64,000 nucleotides of DNA, taken from Haplodiscus bocki. Its lineage: Eukaryota. The notes below the pieces were generated by a model. That model had not been told where the DNA came from. It saw only the letters and a program-made list of their open reading frames with translations, and searched no databases. Location of the stretch: NCBI GenBank assembly GCA_965655095.1, contig OZ296659.1, forward strand, positions 64,790,001 through 64,854,000. Direction: 5' to 3'. The stretch's first letter is position 1; each line of letters starts with the position of its first letter. Shown here piece after piece: positions 33,453-47,634 of this stretch. The position numbers were made by a program, and so were the translations under genes.

Positions 33453-36260
33453 TGTTATACGGTGACCACCCTACACTCGATTACACAACCGTACCGGAAA
33501 AAGAACTATATTTAGACAGTTGTTGATATGTATTAGTAAACAATACACTACTTTATACTTTAACCGTCAAAGAACTATTACAAAAATTAACTATACGAAA
33601 GAATAGTTGTTATCTGATACCTTTGTTTTAACCGAGAGATTCAGGATAGAACATGGCGCAGTCAGCATATTTAATCACTACAACCTTTACCGTTTTAAAT
33701 TGATTACTACACCGAGAACGCATGACGGACGACCCAATAAAATTACCATATCTGGACGAAAAAGGACTAGACGGACAAAGAATTTACAACTACCGACAAT
33801 GGATAGACCGATATAAACAATACACAAATACACAAAACGTAAATAAGAGACCGATATTGGACCATTATATAAAGAAGAAAACATGCCCGCAACCGAGGAA
33901 TGGAACACTAAACAAGAAAAAATACAACAGGATTTCCTGTGGGAATTAGGACCCGAAGCAACGCACCAAAAAACATGATCTGAATTTGATCCGAATACCG
34001 AAGAGACCCAGACAAAATCAAAATGGACAAACTAATCAAACGATATAACCGATACTACTTACCGAAAAGAAACAAATACAACTTGAGAGGAGATTTTTTT
34101 TGGGTAAAACAAACAGATTAGGAGACACCGGAAGACCACTGGGAGAAATGACTCAAATTAGAAAAAGAATGCAACTTTCCGGAATTCAGCACCGAATTAC
34201 TTCTAACAAAATTTTTTAACATTAATCACTGACAGAAAACTACGGGTCAAACTGGTGAAAAAAAACACTTACACGTGTCGAAAGCAGTCGAACAAATCCA
34301 ACAAAACACATATGACCGAAAAAACAAAAAGAAAACCATACCGGAAACTCTATTATCCAACCGCGAAAAAGACACCAAAGAAGAACTTATATAAAAAATA
34401 ACATACACAGGACAATAGGGGACAAGGTCAAAAGACAGACACAAAGACCAAAATTGCAGATATTGTGAGGCCCCAATTTGGAATCTAAATCACAAATGTC
34501 CTGCCCGCGATGTAATATGCCACCATTGTGAAGAAAGGCCACTACGCGAAGGCATGCAGCTTTGAACAACAAAAATGATAAGAAATTAAAAAACTGACGA
34601 AAACTGTAGGGACCGAAGAAAACGATACCGGCAGGTCAATAAATATAATAACTGAAGACAAACATATAACTGATCGGAGAAATTACATCACTAAAGGATT
34701 AAAATTGACGGTACCGGGGAAGAATTCATCGTCGACACAGGATAGCACGGTCACAATGAAACCACCGGACAAAAAAATCATCAAAGGCAAGAAAAAATTA
34801 CCGGTTAAAAATATCAAGACGTTAATAAAAACAAAGTTAAATTCACCGGAAAGATTACGGTAGAAGCCGAGAGTAAAGGAATTAGAAAGAATCTATCCAT
34901 GCTATTTACCGAACGAGAAGATATCAAGCCATTACTCGGAATGGATTAGCTACGAGAATTCAATTGGACGATACGACATAAGGAAAAGTTGACAACACAA
35001 ACCGACCAATCGAAAAACGGCAAAATAATCACACAACTTGAAAAACTTATCAAAGCGAACCAAACAATCAAAGATACCGAGATTAAAATACAATTAAAAA
35101 CAGGCCATTTACCAACAAAACAGAGAATTACACCATTACCATACCATTCAAAAAATTTTGTCGAAAAAGAAAAAAATAAAGTATTCAAATCCAGATATTT
35201 GGAAAAAAAAACAAAAAGTAAACGAAAAATGTTCTGCCTCTCCGGTAGTAACCGTAAAAATAGACAAATCACTCAAAATTGCGTCAGACTAATGAAAGTT
35301 AAACGATAGCCGCACAAAATTGAAACCACATAAGCCAAAGATGGAGGAATTCTTAAATCAGATATCTACCGAAATAACACAGGCACCAAACGAACCACTA
35401 TGCATATCGAAAATAGATCTTGAAGATGCGTATGGTCAAAAAATACTATCCGAAGAAACAAGCAAACACTGCAACTTTGCGATAACCGGAGGGAATATGA
35501 ATGAATAATATAGATTCAAAAAACGCATTCTACGGTTTATCAGATATAAAGACAATATTCCGGGCAAAAATAGACAAAACATTCAATTTTGAAACACCTG
35601 TATAATTAGAGGATCTGTTAGTAGTAACGAGAGGGGACAAAGATAAACACCGAGAAGAATTGTTCAAAATACTGAAACACCTTCAAGAAGCCGGATACAG
35701 GGCAAGCGAAAAAGAATCCGAATTTTTTCTCGAAGAAACCATTTGGCTGGGACACGACATAACCGAACAAGGAAAAAACCGAACAAAGACAAGATAAAAG
35801 CCAAATTACAATTAAAATTGCCGACATCATGTAAAGAATTAAAGTCATTTCTCGGAGCCATGCAAAACCATGCAAAATATATACCCAAATTTTCAGAAAA
35901 AACCGACCGAATGAGACAACTACTCCGGAAAAAATCGGAATGGAACTGAACCGAAAGATACGAAAGCGATTTCAACGAGATAAAGAAAAAGATAACAGAA
36001 GTACCGTGCTTGGTACATTTTGCTAGAGACAGAGATAATAAAGTGTCAACCGACGCAAGTCGAACCGGACTCGGAATAACTTCATGTCAAAAACGAAATG
36101 ACGACACAATCCGACCAATAGCATTCACCAGCCGATATTTGATTGATGCCGAGGAGAACTCTTCAATCGGAGAACTGGAATTACTCGCAGTAGTAAGGAG
36201 ACTAGAGAAAATTCGCTTTTACTTATACGGTAAGGTAGGACATCTATATACCGATCACTA
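33453..36260 (+). mobile_element. Decayed, 3'-truncated Gypsy element with a short (~200 bp) LTR
   Basis: TGTT...AACA LTR at 33453-33653. PBS TGGCGCAGTC (tRNA-Ser type) at 33654. Remnants of zinc knuckles, FIVDTG, SKIDLEDAYGQ, LKSFLG, STDAS, ELELLAVV and YTDH. Confidence 0.85.
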
Positions 36261-36419
36261 TGCAGGCAACTTTCAGCCCAAATGGGAGTAAATATAATTT
36301 CTAAATGACAAATTTAGTTTAATATAATACAAGACGGCCAGCTAGCACCGGCATATTTTTCGCCCAATTACAAATATTTTGATCAACTTTTGCAAACAGT
36401 TAAAAACGAGACTTCTGTT

Positions 36420-36990
36420 TTGAAACTAGTTATCAAAGGTTTTCTAAAAACATCACTGATTTCTATATTTTATGCAAAAGAGGGGGCATCACGATTTTTT
36501 GTCGAAAGTTTTTTGTCTCACAGTACCGAAAAATTTCGTAAGAGGAGCCTTTCTGTCTAAGAAAATTTCTGGTTTCGAAATATTTTGTGGAAAAGGCGTG
36601 TGGGTATCACAATTTTCGGTCGTATTAATAAAGTTAAAGAATGTAGGTAAAGGCTGGGATTCGAACCCGTACCTAGCGCTTCAGAACCTTGATGTCCTAC
36701 CCACTGTGCCATGGGAACAATTGGAATGTCTGACAAATTTCAGTGAAATCATAAAAATTTATGGACCGACAGATTCGAACCCGCACCTACTGCTTGAGAA
36801 ATGATTGTGCTAACTCCAATGCTGATATTTATTTCTGAATAAAAAGAGTTGACAAAAGTAGACTGAAAAAAAGAAATACGACCCTGCTGTACTGAATGAA
36901 TAATTTTTCTTGCATATTTGCGGCGAAAAATAATAAATATAATACTAATCTGCAACTTGCGTCGCAGGAGTTTGCTCGCCAAAATATAAA
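36420..36990 (-). repeat. Interspersed repeat with two tRNA B-box-like motifs
   Basis: Minus-strand GGGTTCGAATCC near 36657-36668 and GGGTTCGAATC near 36772-36782. No complete cloverleaf seen. Confidence 0.35.
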
Positions 36991-37009
36991 ATTACAAAAG
37001 CTTCAACTG

Positions 37010-38418
37010 TTTTCAGGAATCAATACATTCCAATACAGCAGCGATCCTCTGTCTTCAAAAATTGGTGGTAAACATTCAAATGATGACACTTTGAACTCAG
37101 GGTCGGCAACATATCCCATTGAAGATCCATCGACTATCGACCCTGAAAACAGTCCTCAAAGTGATTCAGGGGACGCAACTCTACTGGCAGGAATCGAAAG
37201 TGGAAGTGAGTCAATGATACATGTCTCAGAGGGACCCTCAAGTCTTCAGATCACTTCTGATTCAGGAGATACCAACGGAAGTCTTACGGCAATGAAATTC
37301 AGTTCAAACCCAGTCCATGAAAAACAGGAACTCTTCGGGAACTCGTTGTTCTGGAACAATTTCCAGGCTTTCTGGAGAAAATTGCATAAGTTCTAATTCA
37401 AGAAGACAGTTACATTCTCTGATGAAGTAGCTGTCAATGAGTCAACCAATACCGATATTGCCAATCGGAACGACGATACTGATCCTGGGCAAGATGGATT
37501 TCAGCCAAGAACCGATGTGTTGACATCATCCTCAAACAACATCAGAAAAAATGGGGGTCCAAGTTTATAGGGAATTGGTCACGACGAAGGGGATAATTCG
37601 GCCTTCAAATCTGCTTCAGTGATCTCTGGCAATGGCGAAGATCATGCTTTGACTGAAACTGAAAACAACGAAGAAAACGAAAGTGGTGATGATGTTCTTA
37701 GTACTGAAGATGATAATGCCTCTAACGATGACAATGATATGACCGCAGAAAATGATAACAACAGTGTACGCAATGAGGATAACGATATGGCCGATGTTGG
37801 TGAGAATGAAATCACAGAGAGTGATAACGATATCACCGCTGATGATGATGGTGATAATGATGTTGCCCGTTTTGGTGATAATTATATTGGTGGTTTTGAT
37901 AATGGTATGACCGGCAATGATGATAGTGATAACTCCGGCCCGAAAGAGACCAATATTATTGATGATGACTCCGAAGTTGATGATAGTGAATCGGCCGGTA
38001 GAGCTGGTATGGATAGTGAGTTGTCCAAAATTATTGAACGGGGTGAAAATTTGAATAATGCCTCATCCTCTGATGCTGCTGGAGAAACGAGAAGCAAGGT
38101 TTACCTGGCATCTGTGAAGTGTCTGACAGTCAGATCGCAGAAGAAAGAGCTACGGAATCTCTGGCTAAAACGGGTGAAAATTTAAGTCTGGAACAAAGCA
38201 CCAAGATTTCAAGCCAAACATCAACCGTTATCCTCTCAAACATTTCTGCGCGAGTTAAAACAAAATTTTCATACAACAGAAAAGAATCGAAAGCTTTGTC
38301 GATGAAATCTGCCGTCAAAAAGACGAAAACGAGTAGAAATTCGCTTTCGAAGAAATCTCAGAAGAAAGAGAGCGCTATCCGCATTTTGGAGTCTTTTTTG
38401 AGTGTGCGCTCAAGATGA
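37010..38418 (+). pseudogene. Decayed acidic (D/N/E/S-rich) low-complexity coding sequence with basic tail, part 2
   Basis: ORFs 36896-37396, 37619-38185 and 38119-38418 are linked by frameshifts or stops. Composition matches part 1. Confidence 0.5.
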
Positions 38419-38713
38419 GCTTAACATTGTAATTTCTTGAGTTAGATAATTCAATGTTCTGGAAAATATTTTACCTCTAGCATTCGTAGTCAACCATTAC
38501 AGTTCGCATTCACACCCTGGTTAATTGGTATCAGCGTAATGCTTTTACATCAGAATCTCTCAGCCAAAAGTCTCGCAAGCCGCCCTCATTTACTAAATGA
38601 AGTAACTGATCAATTAAGTTGATTCGTGTCAACAGTTATTTAAATAATTCTACAGTTGGTTTCCGATAAAAAGGAAGTCTGGGAATCAAGTGCTTAGTTT
38701 TGGAGGTAAATGT

Positions 38714-40823
38714 TGTCGCACGTGATAGAGGTTTTGCAAATCAAATATTTACTCAGTTGTGCTGGCGTTTGACTCAGTCAGCACTACTATGCTATAGCGA
38801 CGGTTATTATTTATAAGTCTCATTAGGGTGCCTTGCTTAACGTGCGAACAAAGGGATTGCGTGAATTCAAGCAAGGACTTATGAGCTATAAAGAAGAATA
38901 CAAAAGAATTTTAAATTATAAACAGTGAAAATTCAATATATTGAACAGTGGAGGAATCATAACTGCACGTATGGGAAAGGGGAATTACTCATATGGTCTT
39001 TTACGTTAGAAGATGGCATTGGTCGTGTTGATGTTGGCTGTTGTTGATTACTGCTGATTGCTGATGGTTGCTACTGGTTGCTGGGTGATTGCTGGCTACG
39101 GCTGGGATACTGCTTCTAGGTGGGAAGTCTTTGAATACTTTCGAAGAGCCGATGAGGAATTTTGGCTCAGACAAGTTTTAAAATTGTCTTAGCAGATTTT
39201 CGTTGAGAGGCAATTGGAATCTGGTAAAGACATTACTGAAAAATATCTTAGATTATTTTCGAGGAGAGGCAATTGGAATTTGGTAAAGACATTACTGAAA
39301 AATGTCTTAGAATATTTTCGAGGAGAGGCAATTGGAATTTGGTAAAGACATTACTGAAAAATGTCTTAGAATATTTTCAAGGAGAGGCAATTGGAATCTG
39401 GTAAAGACATTACTGAAAAATATCTTAGAATATTTTCGAGGAGAGGCAATTGGAATTTGGTAAAGACATTACTGAAAAATATCTTAGAATATTTTCAAGG
39501 AGAGGCAATTGGAATTTGGTAAAGACATTACTGAAAAATGTCTTAGAATATTTTCGAGGAGAGGCAATTGGAATTTGGTAAAGACATTACTGAAAAATGT
39601 CTTAGAATATTTTCGAGGAGAGGCAATTGGAATTTGGTAAAGACATTACTGAAAAATGTCTTAGAATATTTTCAAGGAGAGGCAATTGGAATTTGGTAAA
39701 GACATTACTTAAAAATGTCGTAGAATATTTTCAATGAGAAGCGATTGGAATTTGGTAAAGACAATATTTAAAAATGTCTTAGAATATTTTCGTTGAGAGG
39801 TAATTGGAATTTAGCAAAGACAAGATTTAGACTTGTCTTAGAACATTTTCAGTGCGAAGCAATTAGAATTTGGCAAAGACAAGATTTAGACTTGTCTTAG
39901 AATATTTTGAGTGCGAAGCAATTGGAATTTGGCAAAGACAAGATTTAGACTTGTCTTAGAATATTTCCAGAGCGAGAATTAAGCTCTAGAAAATATGATG
40001 AGAGGAAAGTGGGAGAGAGTCTCGCCTCGGGGAATTAGGCCAGTTGACGGTAGGAAAGAGAATGAATAAAGTGAGAGAGTACGGGGTATTTATACCCTGT
40101 TATATAGCAATCGAGTAATTGACCAATAGGAAAGCGCCGCAAATATCAATGTCAACGAAGGTTATCTAGTCGGTAGCAATAGTTGAATTTTCGAAAAAGG
40201 ACGGTTTCTGCATATTTAATCCGTAACTCGGAATTTAGAATAAATTCTAAAGACCACGGAAGCAGACGAGGTGAGAATGATCTATGAGTAATGTCAATTC
40301 TCTTTGCCTAAGAACCTCGTGGGGGGTCGTGCATATTTAAGATCCACTCAAGCTTCAGAACCTAAGTTCATCCACGGAACCCGCACACGCCAAGGCCGAA
40401 GCTAGCGTCAGTGGACACCGTTTATACTCCGATGGCAAGAGTATAGAATTTGTAGAGGGAAAGGAGAAATTTTTATAAGTTAGGATGAAAATGGGACTTG
40501 GAATATTTTTGTCCGAAGAGAAGCAGGAAGAGAATTTAGAATAATTTTAACCGAGCAAGAATGGAACGAAAATAACGTTAAAGGGAAAGGGAGTAAAGTA
40601 AAAGGGAAGAAGAGAGTTAGGTAAAGTAAAAGGGAAAGAAGTAAGGCTGCCGTCCGGTAAGCGAGTAAGTACGTAATTTTCAAGCCGCTTTCCTCTAGCA
40701 GCTACAAAATGTAGCTAACGCGCGCGTGTCTTTATTTTGTGCGTTGGACCACATTTCAACGCGTTTAGAAATTTTCCTTTTCTTTCCTTTTACATTTGCT
40801 TAAGCGTTAGCTATAACGCGACA
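38714..40823 (-). mobile_element. Solo LTR (2110 bp) of a family related to the 17-kb element
   Basis: Minus strand starts TGTCGCGTTATAGCTAACGC and ends GCGACA. TSD ATGT at 38710-38713 and 40824-40827. Shares the 3' block CCTTGC..GAATTCACGC..TTGTTC..CAAGGCA with the main LTR. TATAAATA near 40087-40094. Confidence 0.88.
39140..39970. repeat. 59-bp tandem array (~14 copies) inside the solo LTR
   Basis: Unit GAGGAGAGGCAATTGGAATTTGGTAAAGACATTACTGAAAAATGTCTTAGAATATTTTC. Edge copies are diverged. Confidence 0.95.
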
Positions 40824-42052
40824 ATGTCAAAAACGAAGTGTTCTGGAGCTAGCTTTCATTTGCAATTTGATTCTTGGTATAAATTGGTGAATTTGTTTTT
40901 AGTTGAGTTACACGCAATCAGAAATGTCTTTAAATGCTTAAAAATGGTAGCTAATTACTCCGTAGAAAAATTAACCAAACGGCCGGCTCCCACCGATATA
41001 TTTTCCGCCTTCAACTTTTGTTAAAGATGTCTTTCAAAAAGATGAAAATTTATTCTTCAAAAAATACTTTCTTCATATATTTTCCAATTTTACCAAATTT
41101 GAAAAATTTATATTTTTTTCATGAAAACTTCACAATCAATGTGGAGAAGACATATTTAAGAAATCATAACCATTGATGGGCATTCTACAGCAAATTTGCC
41201 ACCTATAGTGATTTTGAAAAAAAAACATTTTCTTTTCGAGAAACCCATTTTTTTTCAAAAAAAACCAAAATTTCATACTTATTTGAGAAATCTTACTACT
41301 TCAGTCGTATTCTACGGCAATTTTGATATAATCTGGTGATAGAAAATTTTCAATTTCAGAATCGTCCGGACATTCTGCTCCGACAATTGGCAAGTGAACG
41401 TAAAAAAACGCACCGCCTTGAGCGGATGATCTTCCTTCGATATTATAAATATGGGTGGTAAATGTTGAGCAACAAGCACAGAAGAGTCGGCGTGAAAAAC
41501 TATGATCATAAACGGCATATCACACAAAATTCTTTGCTTGGTGCGAGAATTTTGAATATCCGTGGTTCTGAGTTTCTTCTAGGGTGGATATCAAAAGTTT
41601 TGAGGCCTGTTATAACAGAAAGTATCGACAAAAAAACTTCACGATATGGTGGTATGAAAAAATTGAAGTGATATCTGATATGTTCTCTAACTGTGGTTGG
41701 ATTCAAGAGTTATAAGGGGATCAGAAGAAGATGAGGGAGACCGAACCTGAAAGTGTACAGAGCGAGGACGAGTGATGACCTTGGAAAACTTAAACTGTCT
41801 TTTAAATTTCAAGGATTCACGGGCATAACTCATAACGTGAAAAATTTATCTGCTCCCAGAAGCCGAACAGCTTTAGATCTTGAATCGACCGAGTTGTAAT
41901 CATTTTTTCAAAATGTAAATTGGGCTAATTTAAGTCTGGATATTTGGTCTGAGTCTGTTTTTTGTCAATCAGTAAAAGGTTCATTGTGCTGCTCCAAAGT
42001 TCCCACATAATTTCCCGGGTAAGAAATTTTTCAAGCATGCTTGTTGAGCAAG

Positions 42053-42310
42053 TATCATACCGGCACGAGATAAAAATATGAGAAATCTACATATCCCTAA
42101 AAAGTTACGTTATGTCAAATATGAATGAAGCCATTAATATTTTAAATATCTTGATGCAAGTTCTGTAGCCAAGCCACAAATCGCATAAAATATAAATGCA
42201 ACTCTACTATTACTTCCTTTCCCCCTGGTACAAACGACACTATGTATTATTTAAGCAACGATATGTGCTATCTAGAAAGACTTGCACCGCTTATAAATGT
42301 ATCTTCATTG
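42053..42310 (+). repeat. 5' fragment of the TGTCA-family LTR
   Basis: Aligns to 30254-30525 (CCCTAAA..GTTACGTTATGT, GTTCTGTAGCCA, GTGCTATCTAGAAAG). Confidence 0.7.
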
Positions 42311-45300
42311 AACGCTGACTTTTTCAAAGTCATCAATGTGTTGGATCGTGATCGAAAACGTCGTGTATAAAAAACTTTGTGAGAAAACTTAGTACGAAAA
42401 CCCTCCACTTCGTAGCCATTGAGAAAGACAGCTATGAAGTCAGCCACATCGTTTTGAGTAAAAAAAAAAGATTTTTTCTTCGAGAAAAAAGTACAATATC
42501 CAATTTTCAAAGGACAACAATGGATTAAAATCTACTATAATTCTATAATTCATTTTAAACAGCTCATCACTGAAAATTTGAACTTTTTTGAATGGACGAT
42601 TTTATAAAAAAAGATCGAAAAATGAATCAGTAACATTGACTTAGACGAAACATTTCCCCCCAAACAAGGTGAACTATTAAGCAAGAGAGAAAACATTTTT
42701 AAAAGTGTTCTAATCAGAGATCGGCGGAAAAATCTGTTAAAGTATAGCAGTTTTCTGCCCGCGGGCGTTTTTGTCTGACCTCAGGCACAACGTGGCCTCA
42801 TTTAAGGGCAAAAATTACCCAGGGTTGAAAAACTTTCTTGTATTTACATGTATCTTCTATTTTCAATCAAAAGCTTTCAATTTGCTATTCTAAACACCAG
42901 TGTCCGAGTTCATATCAAGTTCACCCACGTGCGTTTTGAATATCATCGGAGTTAGAAAACAAGACATAAAAGATCCAACTTCCAAATAAGAATTTTCGGC
43001 CTCTCAACTTGTGGTCTTGGCTGAAAGACCCTTCAAGCAACAATCACCATGCAGGTCAGCCAACGTACATTTTGAATGCTTCGACTGATTTTGGGAATCA
43101 GTGCTCAGATGAAGCACAACACGACGCCCGACAAACATTCCGGGATTGTTTTTGTCGTCCAAATAAGGGAAGAAACGTCGAAAAGCCGTAATTAGTAGAA
43201 AAGAAATGTCAGTTAAAACTTTTGGATGTTTTTAAACAAAAACTATTTTTTTTTGAGAAATACTACTATACTGGACGAATTCTGTTATAAATTTGAAGCA
43301 TTATGGCACAAAATAGAAAATTTTTTGAGCGTGCAATTTTATGTAAAATAAACTTGACTGTTGGATGCATGGTTTTACTTGCATATATGAACTATGGGCG
43401 GAAATAATAACCTAAAATAACATACTCTGGAATTTTGGTCACTAATATTCCCCCCATATTTTTAAACATGTAAGAAAATCATTCTCTCAGAAAGGTCGTT
43501 CTTCCTTTTTTTCTCAGTCAATTTTTTTTCAATTTATATGTAATGATTTTTAGCAATGGTGGGACAAAGATTTCTCAAGCACTAAGTCCGGGTATGGAAC
43601 TCTGCTATACCACTCATTAATAATTTTTGTTGAATAGTGTCAAAAAATTCCAAATTACAGTGGGCAGGACAAGAAGGTTTTGAAACACCAGGTACAGGAT
43701 CGACTCCTAGTCTTTACCCATAACTTTTGACATCAAAATATTGATTTTGAGAAACGTTTCTTTTCAAACCCGAAATTAAATAGCCCGCAGTTAGCGGGCA
43801 TCGAATCTTTTTAACAGCCATTTTTTCGTGTTTTCAAGCGTGTGTACATAGTTGGAAACTTTGTAACTTGAAGCACAGGGTTTGTTCTTCGTTCATAAGG
43901 CTCTTTGACGAATTATTTCCTGCTTTCGAAAATTCTATTTTTTTTCTACTCAAAAAATTTCATCGGTTGCGTTCCTCGCATCGGAAACTTGATAAGTCAA
44001 AACTGTAAAAGAAGTGCATAAACGTATTATTCAGCTTGATTAAAATTGCGAAATTGAAAGAAGGTGCGAAAACAATTGGTTTTTACTGAAATTCAGACCT
44101 ACTTTTCTGAAGAATTACATGCTGGATTTCCATGATCAACGTCAAAATTGGTCTTTTTTTACTTGTACAAGTTCACTGATTTACTAGGGTCAACGGTTCA
44201 GTCCCTCGAACTGGAAATTTGATAGCCCCATTGGGAGAAAAACTGTACGTGCGTGCCATTTTTCTCGATAATCAAACCGACTTTTCTTCAATACAATTGG
44301 CTTGATTTCCTGTGTCCAGGCTTCAATCGACAGTTTACCATTAGTAGATACAACAAGAGAAAAAATCATGAGTTCAATTCGTTGCACTGTAGTTCTGATG
44401 GACCGAAACTGGCAAAAAGTGCAAATGGAGCTGATTCGTTCGAACCTAATTTTTCCGAAAATATCCGGCTAGATGTCGTACACCAACATCTCATTTGACT
44501 TATTTCTACTTGTATAATATTAGTTTTCTTAGTTCGAACGCCTCTACTCCTTGCAGTGGACTCGTGAATGACCCAGAATTGCAAAAATTGTACTTATTTA
44601 TGCTTCTTTTTGATAACCCTACTTATTTTTCTGTGGAACAACTTGAGAAATTTTCTTCAGCAAGATCTTTCTTAATCAACAGAACTCTACTTTGAGAAGT
44701 TTACTGAAGAAAACATCTAGGATTGAGTTTCTTCTTTCGCAAACCTGATTGACTGAAGCTGCCGGAAAGTACAAACAGATTGGAGGTTCAATGAAGCTTT
44801 GTTTTTTTCAGGACCAAATGTTTCAATGTCAATCATAAACGTCCAATTGGCATTTTCTTACTTGTAGACCATCATTTGACAAAACTATCATCGGTTACCT
44901 TGCTTTTACCGGAGAGTTGAGAGCCCTATCATTGGCGAAAATTGCAAGAACTTATGTTTTTCGTTGACAGTGAAAGTCACGTTCTTCTATTTCATCCTTC
45001 AAAGTCGCATTGAAGAGTTTACTACCAGTGAAATGTGATTGTAACGTAATCTCCAGGTTAGGTTTCTTGCATGCGAAGCCTGTTTGCTCGAATTTTCCAA
45101 AACGTTTGAAACGATTTTTTTTGGAAATTCAAACCGCTTTTTCTTCGAACATATGAGCTGCATTTCTGGCTCCAAGTTGTCAGTTGAGTTTTTTGAGCTT
45201 CATTCCTTGCCGCAGATACTTGATGCCAATGGTACGAAGGACTTAGTCTTTAAGCTTGATTATCCTTGCTTTTAAAACGCATTTTCCATTAATGCCGGCT

Positions 45301-46319
45301 GTAATTCTCTCACCAGGGTCATAGTCGACAGTTTCCAACTTGGAGGAGGTCACTCGGAAATAATATCTTGTGATATATTTCTCGCTCCGGGACCTGGGAA
45401 CAACTAAAATGCTAAAGCTTGAAGATTCGTACGATCATTTGGTATAATCAAAATGTTTGTTTCAAAAATACCTGCTGGATTTCCACTATCAAGGTGTCAA
45501 TCAAAAGGCTGATAACTTTTAACTTTCGGTTACTCGAAATAATATCGCGGGTCCTGTGCTTCGCTTCGTAGCCTTGAGAAGTTGTTAATGCATAAGCAAT
45601 GATATTGGAGGAATGTCTTTGAAAACTTCAATTAAGCATTTTTCGTTGTTTTATTTAGATATTTGCAAGAGCTGATCATAAAATACTGCTGTTGGGAAAA
45701 AAGTATGCCGGTGGTAGCCGGCTGTGTTGTTCAATATTTTAAACGTTGAAAAATCTGCGTCCTCAAAATGTCTGATTTTTTTAAAATCTTTAATATGAGC
45801 ATTAAAACCTTCGTTTGAAATCATAGTGAGCATTCGTAAAAATGAAAGTCTATTATTTAGGGGAAAGTTGAATTTGAAAGTTCAAAAAGTTTATATGAAT
45901 CTGATTGTCTTTTTGTCTGTTGTCGGTGTATTGAGTACCCAGTTTCAATTGCAATCCATGCCAGACAGCATTTGAACACTTGATAATTTTTACAGCCCTC
46001 AACAAATGGGGCCTCTTCCAGTAACTCTTCTCTGCGAATTTCCCCCCTAATGCGCTTAGCCATACATGCTTTCTCAGTGAAATATTTGAATGAGTAATCA
46101 ATATTTTATAATGGTACAACTCATGTAACATAAGGATCACATGAACTAATTTCTGACATTTTAAGCATGACTCATTACACAAAAAGTCATTAGTATGAAA
46201 GTGAAGAAAATTTTTGTCAATGTAATTGTTTGAAAGAAGGGGGGTTCAATTTTTTTCTCAGTAGGCTGGGGGATATTGGAAAAGACCCTACATAATCATT
46301 TTACACCGAATGTTTTTAG

Positions 46320-46695
46320 AACTTTCGCTACACTCAAAGTACCGAGAACCTCTCAATGATGCCGATGCGTAACTCTCGAGTACCCCCTCACTCACAGAAT
46401 GACAACATCCTGGCCACCCCCAGACTCAAACCCCCCGCGCCTTCTTCATCCTCCTCAGCCTCTAACTTCAGACCCCCTCAAACGACTTCTAACTACAGAA
46501 ATATGCCCCTACCTCATCCCCACCCTCACAATCTACCCCCTCCCGGCAAGAACAACGCCTCTTCAATGCTTAATGAAGAAATGGGAGGTTATGCAGACAA
46601 CTTTGCGGCCCAAAACGGAAACTGGTCTCAAAAAAGTCACACCTCGAATTCCAACGGGTGTTCATGTTATGTTTGCGCGAGGCGAAGACTTACAG
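46320..46695 (+). CDS. Probable internal exon of a host gene (Pro/Ser/Asn-rich, disordered)
   Basis: TTTTTAG acceptor, open frame NFRYTQSTENLSMMPMR...CSCYVCARRRLT, G|GTTAAA donor (phase 1). Confidence 0.6.
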
Positions 46696-47634
46696 GTTAA
46701 ATTTGCTACCCCTAGTATGTACGTTACAACAATAAAAGAAGAAATGATAATATGTGGTAGAATGAGGATGTACAGTACTGATTTTAATTCAGTGAACTTT
46801 TAGCAAAAATTAAGCTCATTTTGCGCCCAATTTCTCAAAGTATATCAATTTTACGAGAAAACAACAGGATCAAAATGTTCTTACGCTTTTCATAAGATTT
46901 TATTACTGATATTGCCTTAAAATCAGACCACTAATTTGTTAGAAAGTTATTACTTCCATAATTTTGGCCATTTTTGGCCAAATTTGAGGTTCTTCTCAAA
47001 AATCTCATCAACTACAACAGATACAGAAAAACTTCAAATTTCTAGCTTTGAATCTGACCTGAGGCATTTGATTTTTATGATTTTTTGAAGAATTATAACT
47101 TAAAAACTTCGCGCTTATTGAAATAAGTGAAATCGCTACACTATCTCAACACAACAAAATCGCATCTTGGACACCTGAAAACCGTGAAATTTCTAAAACG
47201 GACAATTATTTCACCGCAAGTTTAGTACCATGCCTTGGGAGGATTAATGGCAGACCTAATTGACCAGAAAATTCCAGAAACCGATTTAATTTATTCACTG
47301 AAAAAATGGAAAAACTGATAAAAATGGTGAAAAATGCCTAGAAATGGGAGTCTCAAACTAGTTGAAGATGTGTCCGATTTTCATCAAATAAATGCCTTTG
47401 TAATCTTATCAAAAATCTAAGAAACCTTTTCGCTAGCTACTTTCCAGGAAATTTGTTAGTTTTTGAGTACTTGAGCCGTCAAAAACGTCGATTTTTGCTC
47501 AGGATGGCTTAATTAAAATCATTACTGTAAATCATCAATATTTCAATTCATGAAACTTTCTGAAATTGAAATACTTCAAAGGCGTTCTCAAATGTGCTAA
47601 ATTAAGCCTTTTGGACAAGTGGGTTCTTCTGGGC

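Noticed and set aside
39140-39970. Possible CRISPR-like array
   Set aside because: Units are contiguous 59-bp repeats with no unique spacers, inside a eukaryotic LTR, and there are no cas genes.
45650-46200. Possible decayed LINE 3' end on the minus strand
   Set aside because: Weak resemblance only, with no diagnostic motif.
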